Source: Nageia nagi (Eukaryota > Plantae > Pinophyta). From it: a stretch of DNA of 64,000 bases. A model generated the notes under the pieces. That model had not been told where the DNA came from and made no database searches. It worked only from the letters and a program-made list of their open reading frames with translations. Below, piece after piece: positions 24,992-37,455 of the stretch. The translations under genes and the position numbers were made by a program. The DNA is taken from the NCBI GenBank assembly GCA_050084985.1, contig JBITNC010000001.1, positions 160,952,001 through 161,016,000 of the forward strand, in the 5' to 3' direction. Position 1 is the first letter of the stretch. The number at the start of each line of letters is the position of its first letter.

Positions 24992-27900
24992 TTAGAGGCC
25001 CTAGCAATGGTGTCTTCAACAGTTTAAGGTGTTTGAGCATTGTTTCTGCCAGATCCAGTCTTTTAAGCAAAACGTGCAATCCTAGGAGCCAATATTTTGG
25101 TATTTATTGCTCATATTTGACTTTTGAAGTATTTTATTGTAATTTGGGTGCAATTAACAAATAGATTTGTAAATCCAATTTGCAATAATGTCTCCGGGAA
25201 GATCTGAAACAAACCTGTAATTCCGATCTGTAATAATATTAATCAGTTTGGCAGATTTAAGGCACAATTGTAATCTTGCATTTCTGCTATTTTCTTGCGA
25301 ATTTTGGTTCATCCTAGTTTGGAACATTACAATGGTATTAGAGTTGGTTTCCTACCAACCTATGAAGGTAGATTGATTTAGCCTAAATACTCATTGATAC
25401 TATCTGAGGAGAAAAAAGTCGAATCCTGACCTTGAGTTCCAACCAAAAGAGAGAATGGACCAAATGGGAGATATGCATGAGGAGAGAAAAAGGTATGAGG
25501 AAGGAGAGATGCATAAGGAGAGAGAGAGGTCAACCAGTCCTAAGACAAAGGCTGAATGGAAATTCGATACATTGCTTGAACTGTTGATGAAGTTGGTTAC
25601 CAAGCTTGACCAAGGAAGCCCTCAACTAGCCCCAAGAAAGAGTTGGGCTAGAGAAACACCTGTGCAGTCAAAAGTTCGTGGAGCTATCCCGAATCTGGAG
25701 GAGAGCCTAGCTAGGACATAGCAACTCTTTCACATATCCGAATCTACACAAAAACGAGATCCAAGGGAAGTGAGCCACTATTGCATAGATATGGATCTAC
25801 AAGAGATCTAGGAGGAGAGAGTTTCATTTAAAGCACACTTGTGTGTCCACTTCCTAAGCAACCACCACCCTTGCCTAGGTCATCCAAGCCTATGTTCCTT
25901 TCCAGGCAAGAGGTTGATCCAAATATTGTATCCCCTTTAGAACTAAACATCTTGTTCCAGGAATACCAAATGAATACATAAGATTTCAAGGCCGTCTTCA
26001 ACTTTTAGAGCTACCTTGAGATTTTGGGGAAGAAAGTTGGAGGAAGTTGTTTGCCAAGAGGTTTCCAGGGAGATAGGAGAGATTTGCAACAGAAGTTGAG
26101 TCGAATGCAAGTTCCATTGTATGATGGTAGTGACAAGACGAAAGTTAGGGCATGGCTGCAAAAATTGGAGACATACTTCACCCTAAGCCCTGTGATAGAA
26201 GAAGACGTAGTGCAATTTGCAACTCTACGTCTAGGAGTCGCATATGATTGGTGTCATCATGGCCTGATCACTCAAGTTGATCACTCAATGCCATAATTTT
26301 GTCCAAACTTCCAATGAGTTCAATCTATGGACTCTAGATCGTTTTGATCAAAAGGATGAGGACGAGTACTTTCAAGATCTAGCTTGTGTGAGGCAGAAAA
26401 GCATGGTGGACACCTACATTTCAAAGTTTCAGAGAATAGCAATGATGATGCCCAACATCTTGGAAAAGAGAGTGACGCTCCTGTTCATGGAAGGTTTACT
26501 TGAGCTATTGAGAGGCATTGAGAAGGTTTTTGCTCCCACCACATTACAAGATGTCATCAAGAGGCAATTGACATTGGAGCCTTCCATGATGAGACCCAGA
26601 TCATCCATTCCATCCAAATCTAGAACGTATAGGCCATTGCAGGAAAGTGCATTGAGAAGAGTTCGTCCCACTCTCAGAAGAGTTAGCCACCATCAGTTGC
26701 CAAGAAGATGGATGAGGCTACTAGGAATGATTTGAGGAGGAAAAAGTTGTGCTTGACTTGCAAGTATCTATGGGAGTTGTGTCATCATTGCCTTGGAAAA
26801 GGGCAGATCCACTATGTTGACGTGATTTTGAATGATGAAAAGTTGAATATGGAGCTAGATATGGAAGATCTAAAGCATCCAAATTTGGGATGGCCAGATC
26901 CTAGAGGGAGATGGCTAGATTTGGAACATCCATACCAAGGCACGAAGGACACAAGTGGTGGTACATTGGGTTCCGTAATTGGTACATCCAAGTACTTGAC
27001 CATCAAAGTGCGAGGACTAGCGGTTGGGGAGAATGTCATTGTACTAATTGATGGTGGGGCAACCCACAATATCATTGATGAGGGTTTTGTGGCAAAGAAG
27101 AAACTTTAAAGTGGCTAATGCTAATGGAGATGTCTCTCTTTGTGACAAGATAGTGAAACAGTTGGGAATCAGACTTGAAGATCATATTGTGAGGGATGAT
27201 TTCTATGTTTTTCCGATGGGCAGAACTTCCCACATGGTGCTTGGAGTACAATGGTTGTATTCCTTGGAAGATATTTACTCCACTTATCAAACATTGGAGA
27301 TGAGATTCAAATCTCAAGGACATGATAGCACTTTGAAGGGAATGAAGGATCATTACCCTCAACAAGTAACATCAAGCAGAATGGAGATAGGGTATTATGG
27401 CAGCAGAGTTTGTGAGAAGAATCTCATTTCAGATCTGATGAAGGACGAGAGAGATGAGGACCTCAACATGCAGCATGAGATATCATATTTTTGTGAGATT
27501 GGAGTGGTTTTTGATTAGGGACCTAGCAAGGAAGGAGACCTTTTGCAATTTCATGCATCCAGTCTCAAGCTTCCAAGAGGGTTGTCTAATTCTTGCGAAT
27601 CCTTGAAAGAATTTTGAGCATCAGATCGATGGCATTCAGCCTTGGAGAGGGTCATCCACCTTATAGGGCATTTTTTGTGCTATTTGGAGGTTTGGAGAAG
27701 CCATGAAGACACTACAAAAAAGGTATGACATAGATTCTAATTTTTGTATGCAATATGACAGCAGTTCTTCATTTTTAGGAAGTCTTGACATTCATGAGAA
27801 TGTTGGGAAGGAGTCACTAATGGCGTCTAGGGCTGCATTCCTGTTGATTATTGAGATTGCACTTTTGGTGATTTGTGAGGTTGCATTTCTGACAAATGTT

Positions 27901-29684
27901 GGGCTGAGTTTTTGACTGAGATGACTGAAAATTTCATGATAATTGGGATTGCAATAATGGTGAGGGTCATGACTGTAGTTGCTTCCTTTGGCTCACTTGG
28001 GGTGACAATTTGGATGACGTTTGGGACTGCACTTCTAGTGTTGTCTTCTTCCATATTTCTGACATCTTGGGTAGCAATTTTGAGGATGACTACTGCTGTG
28101 TCTATGAAGTTTCAGATTGCATTTTTGGTTAAGTTTACTGCTGTTTTACTGATGTCATTTTGGGCTGCACATTTCATGTCCTATGAGGATATGTTCTGCT
28201 TAAATATGGAGGCTGATACAGCAGTGACAATGATGACTGTTACAGCTGTATTTGTCAGATGATAAGGACTACTACAGCAGCGTTATCCATCATGATTGTA
28301 GCTGCATTTGTGGTGATGGTTGATACATCCATTCTGACACTTAGGGAAGTGTTTTTGAAGGCAATAACGCTGCAATATTGATAAGGTTGGCTGCATTACT
28401 GAAGAAGTCTTGGGCTGTACTTCTCATGATACATCTAATGGTGTTTAGGGCTGTATTGGAGACCATAGAGGCTGTGTTTTGTATCAGATCTATGTTCTTT
28501 ATGACTGCTGCATTTTGTTTGATGGAAGAAGCTACATTTATCACATTGCTTGGGAACACTTCATGATAACAAAGGTTTGGGTGACGTACCTTGAGCTGAG
28601 TTTGTTGGGTTGAGAAATACCCATATGCACATGCACGAATTAGTAGATTTTATGTATGCTTATTTGTAAGACATGAAAGATAACAATGATGTGATGAAGA
28701 TAGACTTTGGTGATTGGGTGTTGTATTCACATGTTGATGCATAGTTTCAGATTTTACTTGCAGCATGTTGGGATATCGATGTTGTCCTTGCACCAAAGAA
28801 TACTTGGAGGACGATATCTCAACATGTTGATGATGTAGAGCCATTGATGTTGATAATGCAATTGGAGAGGAACAAGACGTTGTTGTTGTTGAAGAAGTTG
28901 TACATCCTGATTGGAAATTGCTTGAGGACATGCAATTTTGGGTGGGGCGGACTTGTAATATCCCCAATTTGTGCATTCCATTCATGTATGACACTCTCAT
29001 GCTTGACTTAGTCAACATGGAGTGGGACATCCCCCTTGGCGAATAATTATGCATACTTTAGTGTATTTTGTAGTATTTAGGAATGATTTGGAATTTAGGA
29101 GTATTTTAAATAATAAATAAGGCATTTTAGTGATTTGTGGGGCCCAACGAGGAGTTAAAAGACTTGGGGAGGGTCATCCAGCAATGAAGAGGAGGAGTCC
29201 TCCATTCTAAGCATTGTAATTTTTCCATTTAACAACTAGAAGTGGGATGTCCCTCTTCTAGGAATGTGTAGGCATAATTTATTGTATCTAGACATGATTT
29301 ATGTAATTAGGAATCATTTTTGTGATTGTTCTTGGGCATGATGTCTTTAGTTGGGATCTCTAGGATGGAATTTGTGATTCCAAGATCCAATTGTGATCCC
29401 CAATATGGGACGTCCAATTTTGCATGATTCTAAGGTGAGATCCAAATCCCAAAATGGGATGTTTAGCAATAAAGGAGAAGAGCACACCACTTTTGGATCA
29501 TCTTTGGCCATTATCAATCATCTTCTTTGAGAATAGGTTGCAAAGTCAGTTTCTAGCCTCTTGTACATGAAAACCTGCAAGAGAGTGGTTTAGGAGGACA
29601 AAAACCTTTCTAGATCCAGGGCTTAAGGACAAAAACCCTTAAGTCATTGTTCCAGCAGCTTTTCCAAGTTCAGATCCAACAATT

Positions 29685-31136
29685 TGTAATGTCCCCATTT
29701 TCATGGTGTTTTCCCCATTTCGCCACTATAAAATGGGAACATTTAGTTAGGAGTTTTTTTTATTTAATTTTGGTAATTTAGTGGATATTTAGCCCTTTAT
29801 TTGTATGTTCCACTTGGAGATTAGTTAATTGCTCCAATTATGGGATGTTGGGCCTATTTTAGTGTGTTAGGTGTAATTTATAATTTAATTATGTCAATAA
29901 TGTTGTATTAATGATACCAAGGCAATTATTAATTGTAAATACAATATTAGTCACCTAATTTGGTACATTGCATATATTTAACCTTGATGATTTGGCATTA
30001 ATGGCCCTCTCTTGTAATAATTGCTCCCCTTTTGAGGTAGAGCATGAACCAAGGTGATTTCACCTATCTCCAGGCACCAAGAAGACATCACAGCTTGGAC
30101 ATGGCACACCTAGCAATGATTTGGCATCTCGAGGTACCATGGAAGACCCCAAGGCTCAATGTCACACTTAGAGGCTTAAAAGGTGATTTTGTGGATCCCA
30201 ATGCACATGGGAATCCACCTACATGAGGTGTTGCAATTAGGAGCCTTTAGATGTGACAATACCCATACCAAGACTCCCCATCTTGGATGTTGGCTAAGTG
30301 AGCACACGAATCACCCTTGGACACTGTTGGATCAACCCCAATGCTTGATTAGAAGATAAGCTACCTCTCCCTACTTAAGGACTCCTACAAGACAAACTCA
30401 TTCGACTATTATTATGATTTCTTACTCTTGGTTGAGTGTTGCTCTTCCAAGACTCCATTCTTCGGAGTGAGGTACCTATAGCAGGGTGCAGTACAGGACT
30501 TACGTGGGCACACACTTGAGGGTTGGTGCAACCCAAATTGATAGCTAGCTATCTTAGGGGAATTGGCATCACCCTCGGATTAATAGAACACTACTAGTGG
30601 ATCTCTGAGATTCCACCACAGTTGTTGGAGGAAGCCCTGGTGCAAGCCTTGCCACACTACGAATTTGAGCCCTGGAGCATTAGTCTTCGTCACCTATTGT
30701 TAGTGACATCTCCATGTTCCTATCAATAACAATTAGTTTGTTGGCTCATTAATTACTATATTTGCATGCTCTTCTATTGCATTGAATCTCTAGCATAATT
30801 TAGTGATTTTATGAGTATTTGGCATCACCATACTGGGCGTTGGGTTTGTGGATGATTATTCATTGTTTAAGTGTGATATTGCTCTCTATCTAGACGTTGG
30901 ACATAATTCATCTTTCAGGGTTTAATATTGCATAATTTCACTCCCTAGCCAAACGTTGGATATTTTATGTTTGTTTAAGGTGATCTTGCCATTTGGGGTG
31001 TGACGTCGGCTCTTGGGGAGCTCATTGCCCAAGATCTGCAGCTTAATGTGCAATGTCCCTCTCCTAGGGACATATTGGCTATTTTGCATCCTTGGTTTGT
31101 ACAAGTTTACAGTGAGCCTAAATAGGGCTCATCACA
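29685..31136 (+). mobile_element. Solo LTR (1452 bp) inside the 3' LTR of the 23457-31600 element
   Basis: TGTAATGTCCCC...GGGCTCATCACA ends; TSD CAATT/CAGTT; empty site CAGTT in the 5' LTR at about 24112. Confidence 0.9.
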
Positions 31137-33399
31137 CAGTTAAGATTCAACAATGTGTCTAGCCTGTGGGGTTGTTGTGAGTCAATTCAACGATCAGATC
31201 CGAGGGTTAGAGGCCCTAGCAGTGGTGCATCTAGCAATTTGAGGTGTTTGAGCATGTTTTGAGCATTGTTTCGTCCAAATCTAGTCTTTTAAGCCAAATG
31301 TCCAACTTGAGGGATCAATATTTTGCTATTTATTGTTCATGTTTCACTTTTGCAAAATTTTATTGTAATTTAGGTGCAAGTAACAAATAGATCTATAAAT
31401 CCGGATTGCAATAATCTCTTAAGGCATATATGAAATAAACTTGTAATTCCGATCTGCAATAATCTTTCTAGACAGGTTTGTAGAAAATCTATAAATCCAA
31501 ATTGCAATAATCAGTTTGGGCAGATTTAGCGTATAATTGTAATCTTCCATTTCTGCTATTTTCTTGCAAATTTTGGTTTGTCCTAGTTTGGGACATTACA
31601 GTCAACATTTTGGTGAACTCAACTCCTTGTTTTACACTTTATATTTTTTTGCCAAAACCCTAGGTTTTTGGATTTCAAATTTAGTTCATGTTTGTATCAA
31701 ACTCGATTTTCCTTAGTTTCTTCACCCTTGTTTGCACTACCTTTGGATCCTCTAAACCTGAAGGATCTAAAATTACTACCAAACTTAGGAGAGCAAAAAT
31801 ACCTAAAAAGGAAAACCTAAAATACAAATTCCAATCAACAATGAGGAAGATTATGATTTGCAATATGATAGAATAAACACAAAAAAGGATATTTTCAATT
31901 CAAATATGCATCTTCAGGTAGTACAGATATGAACTATGATGTTGACATAGAGGAGAATCAAAATCAAAAAAAGAATGACTATTCAAACAATAATGAAATA
32001 GAAAATCATGATATTTTTAAGTAGTGAAAGACCAATTCTAAAAAACGATGTTGCCCTTGAATACCATTTGATGCCCTCCTTAAAAAAGAAAGAAGAGAAA
32101 AAATCATGTAGTATATATTGGCTAATGAGGATTTCATTCATAACTTTTTCATATAACCTCGATTATAAGAAATTATCATTGACATATAGAGGGCTTGTAG
32201 CATCTTAGATCCACCTTCTTCACACTTTTGTAAAACCGAGTCAAGTAATTGTTTGAAAGACATTTTATTTTGAGATGACATCAGTTCAACATCAAATCTG
32301 ACAAAAAATTCACAATCACCATCTTAGGTTCCCCATACCACAACGCAAAGGTTTCTGGACCTTTAAATAAAAACACAAACGATATGGGGCCTCAATCTCG
32401 AATGTGGGCATTCTTGGACTTTTGTCCTAGAGCATGGGAATTTTGGACTCTTTATCCCAAAATGCTAATGTTTTGGCCTTTACACACAAAAATTGCAATT
32501 TTCTTCCCACCAACTAAGAAATTGACTTATGTCTCAGATCATTCCTTATCCTATTTCAACTCCCCTCCAACATTGCCAACACCATCTACCACATTAGACC
32601 AAGGAATGCCTATGTCATGGAATATTCCCAAAAATACTTCTCAAAGCCAATGCTTGAGACTTCAAGTAACAATGGAAACAAAAACAAGAGTAACATCAAA
32701 ACCATTAAGTCCAAGGATCAAAAAAATAAGCATGATGATGCATCACTTTTAGCTTTAAGGGCTTAAACCAACTAAAAGTAAAATTCAACAGAAACCATTA
32801 TGATTTTCATACGATGGAGAAAAGAAAAACCTTTATTCCAAAAATTATCTCCTAAAGAAAAACACAAAATTGAGAGTTCAAAAAGATACTGCAATGGCAA
32901 AAAGAAAATAAAACATTTTTTTTTGTTAAAACAAAGCAAGATATATAACTACCTTAGGAAAAGCCTAAGATGCAATCAATAGAGCAAATAGGCCAAACAA
33001 CTTGTCTAATGAAATTCAGTAAACACTGCAAGCATTGGGAATACTTAGAAACAAAGGCAATAGTCCACATCATATAATCTTGTACAAAAGCATAAGAAGA
33101 CCTCTATGTTCAAGAATTCAATCACTCACTTTGCCAAAAAGGATTTACCAAGTTTCACCACACATAATGGTACCAACGACCCTAGATAACATATACTCAA
33201 ATTCAAGAATTAAGCTATTGAATTCAACAAAAATGAAGATCTCACAACAAGGGCATTTTTCAAAAGCCTTACAGCGAATTCTCTCTCATATGGTATCAAG
33301 AATTACCAAATGACAACACTAAAAATTTTGACCATCTCATGGAAATGTTTTCCAAGAATTTAAATTGAACATGAAATGTGATACAACATTAGTAGATCT

Positions 33400-34130
33400 C
33401 TACAAGATCAAACTATTGGCATTCGTTTTCCAATCAAAACGATTCCACAAAACATAAAGAGGCAACTCAGTGTCATCAACAAAATATGGAAGCCCTTGTG
33501 GACAAAGAACACCAAGCCCAAATTTGTTGTAATGGAGCATGGATAGTATTCTTTCCCTCTTTTGTGGTGAAGAGGAAAAAATCATAATATAGCTACCCAA
33601 AATGGCAATATCCCAAGTATAACACTCTTGCTCGCATACCACAGCCCACACAATATGCACCATGCCTACTAGAAAAGTCACATTGTTCTTATCTAGATAG
33701 ATAACAAATGACAAGATAGCAAAAATGATCAAGAATATCCAAGGAAACCCCTTAGGAGGGTTATCACATGTAGTAGATAGTTAGAAACTACATTTCTTGT
33801 GGTTGTATCACCTCAACCTTGTCAATACCTCACAAGTTTTTACCCCTTTTCTTCTACTGAGAATATTTCAAGGTACACTAACCTACCATAGTTGGAGACA
33901 TGCATAGTTGGTATACATCTTCTAACATGACAATCATCTTTCTTCCAAGAAAGTGGAAAGTGTTGGTATCGAGATTCCACCTCTCTACTAGTGTTGTAAG
34001 TATGGCACAACCAAGAACAAAATGTGCCACCCATAGCATCGATACTAGCAAAACATTCCCTAAAGAATCAATCTCATCAACAGTTAGATCATAACCTTGC
34101 ACAACCTCAATGGAAATGCTCTACATACTC
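33400..34130 (-). pseudogene. Plant mobile domain (PMD, aminotransferase-like) remnant, antisense within the Tat/Ogre-like element
   Basis: ILTTLVERWNLDTNTFHFLGRKMIVMLEDVYQL matches the PMD motif L(V/A)ERWxxETxTFHxxxGExTxTLEDV; downstream YTWDIAIL resembles YxWGxAxL. Confidence 0.8.
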
Positions 34131-37100
34131 TATGAAATCATTGCTACCTGACATGCTTGCACAAAATCAACAAAAAATGAACAAGATCATCAAAAGAAAA
34201 CAACAAAATCAGGCATTCATTTGGGACATTTTGAGCTACTCAAACTCAAAACATGGGTGATCTAGGTATCACAACTCAAAATACGAGCATTTTGACTAAC
34301 ATGCTAGAATCACCTCGAGGTCACATATAGAATGTCTTGAAATAATACCTAGAGTAGGAGATTCGGTCAATCAAAATTCAGAAGCTGAAATTTTATCCTT
34401 ACTGACCCCCCATCAATTGATGACATGGGTTGAACACAACTTGCTTGGCTTGCTTGCTAGCTTGCTCTCAGTAACTTATTGATTCCATTTTATTGTTTAT
34501 TGTTTGATTGCTTCATTTGTAGAAAGGCATTGCAAAACATGGATCAAACAGGCCCCAACCCCTTATCGGGGGTGCCAAGGCAGCAGTGTTCCTAAGTCCC
34601 CCCTATATAGAGAGTAAAGCAATCCCGCTATTCCATTGAATGGTCGGTGGCTTTACAGCTCACTTAATAGAAGCATGTTTGGGGTGCCCTCTTTCTTTCT
34701 ATCTATTAGTTGGATGGAAAGCTATCTATTTGCTGGTTGCACGCTTCTTTTGCAGTAGATAACTTCTTTCTTGGGCAGGGCATCTCTCTCTATTGATTAT
34801 AGAAGGGCGGTTCAGCACCATTAGCAGCATAAGCAAAAGCCATCACCAAGATCACAAGACTCTTTGGAACAATTTCTCAAAAAATGCAAAAGAAAAAAAT
34901 CCAAAACAACAACATAATAAACCAAAACCCTAAAAGAAAATATGATAAATTCAAAACTCACGGAATAATCCCTTAGCAGCCCTCTAATCAAAGTGGCTTC
35001 CTCTCCAATCTAGCAAAGATTTTGCACCCAATATCAACAACTATGAATATTTCTTTCAAAATCTAATGAATATGTGATACAAGCATTCAAAAATTTACTC
35101 ACAAAATCAAAAAATCAGCAAAGTCAAGGTATGTAACAAAGCTCTCCTCTTTCTTTTCTCACCTCTTCCTCTCTGCAAATAGTTTTTAAACAAATGAATT
35201 GAGTTTTTTTGTATGGCATTACTTTTCTAACTGTTTTCTACAAATATTTTATAATTTTTTATAGTATTTAACTAGTACATGATCTTGAGCATTAAAATCG
35301 TAGCATCACGAAGCCATGCTGCAAATTTCATCGAGTCTGGCACAAGTCCAAAAGTGTCAACCCAATGCCTGAAGCACCAACATTCTAGTCTGAAGCACCA
35401 AGGATAGGCGTCTTAACTTTGAATCCTCAAAACGCTAATGTTCTAGTTCCTACTGCTTAGAACACTAACGTTCTAGCTTCATACACATTTTTGAAGCCAA
35501 TTTACCTTGATTCGCATGCCAAAATATCAAAAGACAATTTTCATCAATTTATCTCATTAATGCTCATTTTCAATGCAAACTAGCAATTTATGGTCAACAT
35601 ATAATTAAAAAAGAAAAAACTTTTTTGTTTCATCCTTTCAAGATTATCAGCCAAAACAATTGCCCAACACAAAGGGGAAATCAAAATTATTCATCAATTT
35701 TATCACCATAATTATTATATCCAAATTAGCTTTCAACTTATTGAAAATCAATAATCATCCTCATCCACATCTCAACATGAATAATACAATTCATCAAGAT
35801 AAAGGAAATTTTCAGTATTTTTATCTAGCATCTTCTGGATTAAGATGCTTGTTTAGCACACATCTTCAAAAGACCTCAAAGAAAAAGGGGCAATTAATAC
35901 CACTTTATTTATGCAAAAAGAACATGCTCATCCATGTTTTCACCTACCCTTTCAAGCCTTTGGGGAAAAGACATGTCTCTAGCTATATCACAACAGGTTT
36001 CCTCATCATACATTTTTCAAAATATATATGGTTTTTCCTAATATCTTGCAAGATCATAGCAGAAGCAATTGCACAAGGCTTTATCAAGCTTTATATCCTT
36101 TTATATTTTCGGGCATGTAGTCTTGAACTCTCTCCCTCAATCAAACCCCCAAAAGGGGCGATATGTAGAAACTTCAATTTGCATTTTTGCTATTTAAAAT
36201 ATATTTATTCAAGTACTTTATTTGATTTATGTAAAGTGTTAATTTTAGACCCACTTTGGGTTATTTTTTAAACATTAGTATCTTATAAGTTTACATTCTC
36301 ATGTACATATTGGCCTAGGTACGCTCACCTAGATGAATTCAAAATTAGACTTCTCCAAGTCTTTATAAAGCAAAGAGACAAGGCTCATTTAAAAAAAGCA
36401 AGACTTTTTGGAAATAACCAAAAAGTGCTCTAACACTAATATCTTTTGCAAGACTGATCAATATTCTTTTGAGCTTTTCCTTGAGTCATATTCACAAGTA
36501 CCAAACAAAAATTCCATAAGGAGATAATCCAAACCAAGTCAAAGATCACAAAACACATCAACCAAAGGTATTTGCATCCCAAAACAACATCAAACCCCAA
36601 ATGTAAGCATTTTGGACCCTAAATTCTAAAGCACAAATATTTTGGGACTTCATCCCCAGAATGTGGGTGATATGGTACCCAACCACAACTAAATCCAACT
36701 AGTCTCAGAAGCCAATTTCAGCCGACACATCATAGGTCCGCAATCTATTGGCTCCAAAATGCTAGGATTCGTCCTCCAAGTGGCAAGAACAGAAGCTATC
36801 CATTAGCTTACCTCCAATCTCCTAATTCTAGATAGGTCTTCTTTATATCTCCTTTTGTAAACACTGCATAATCCTAGTTAATCAATTTTATGACATTTAG
36901 CTATTAATCTAATTTTCATTTCCAGAAACATAATTATTGATACATATTTTAATATTTATTCTCTTTTTTGTATCAACTAAAACCAAGATTTGTCTTGGCA
37001 TAAGCCCTATGACATTCAGATAAACAGAACAGCAAATACATCAAATACACACACAAACAGAACAGGGAATACATCAAATACACTCATATACAAACAGAGC

Positions 37101-37455
37101 AACAAATACATCTATGTCAAGTCCAAGTATCACTCAACATATATTAATATTATGCTATTTTCATTGTTTTAAAGATACAATCATGCCATTGTCAGTTTTA
37201 TAGAATTACAACTTGACTCGGTAGCCTTAATCATTTAAAGTTTAAAATTCAGATTTAGTAATCTTGATTCTGAAGTACATAAGCCCCATTGTTAAATCAT
37301 GAGTGACTTAACCTTAACAGGAATGAGGAATATCTCTTAGGATGTGAATTTATCTCCTACGGCCAGAATTGGAATTATACAAACACAAACACAAAAACAA
37401 AGCACAAGCATAGACACACATATCTAGTCACATATAATGGTTGGCAGGAATAATA

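Larger units (their letters stand above)
23457..31600 (+). mobile_element. Non-autonomous Ty3/gypsy LTR element (gag + protease only). 5' LTR 23457-25331; 3' LTR 28954-31600; each LTR carries a solo-LTR insertion
   Basis: Homologous LTRs with TGTAAT...ATTACA ends; PBS TGGTATTAGAGT at 25333; PPT GGGTGGGGCGGACT before 28954; gag (AWLQKLETYF, CLTCKYLWELCHHC) and LIDGGATHNI protease; no RT or INT. Confidence 0.92.
22793..36930 (+). mobile_element. Old Tat/Ogre-like LTR element. 5' LTR 22793-23404 plus 31601-31607; 3' LTR 36164-36930; decayed internal region with antisense PMD
   Basis: Homologous LTRs (e.g. AAAATTAGACTTCTCCAAGTCTwTATAAAGCAAAGAG in both); PPT AAAAGGGGCGATA before 36164; PBS-like TTTTGGTGAACTCAACT at 31608; no TSD found. 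Confidence 0.75.

Noticed and set aside
35660-36271. 203-aa ORF
   Set aside because: AT-rich, runs across the PPT into an LTR, and has no recognisable motif; a chance ORF.
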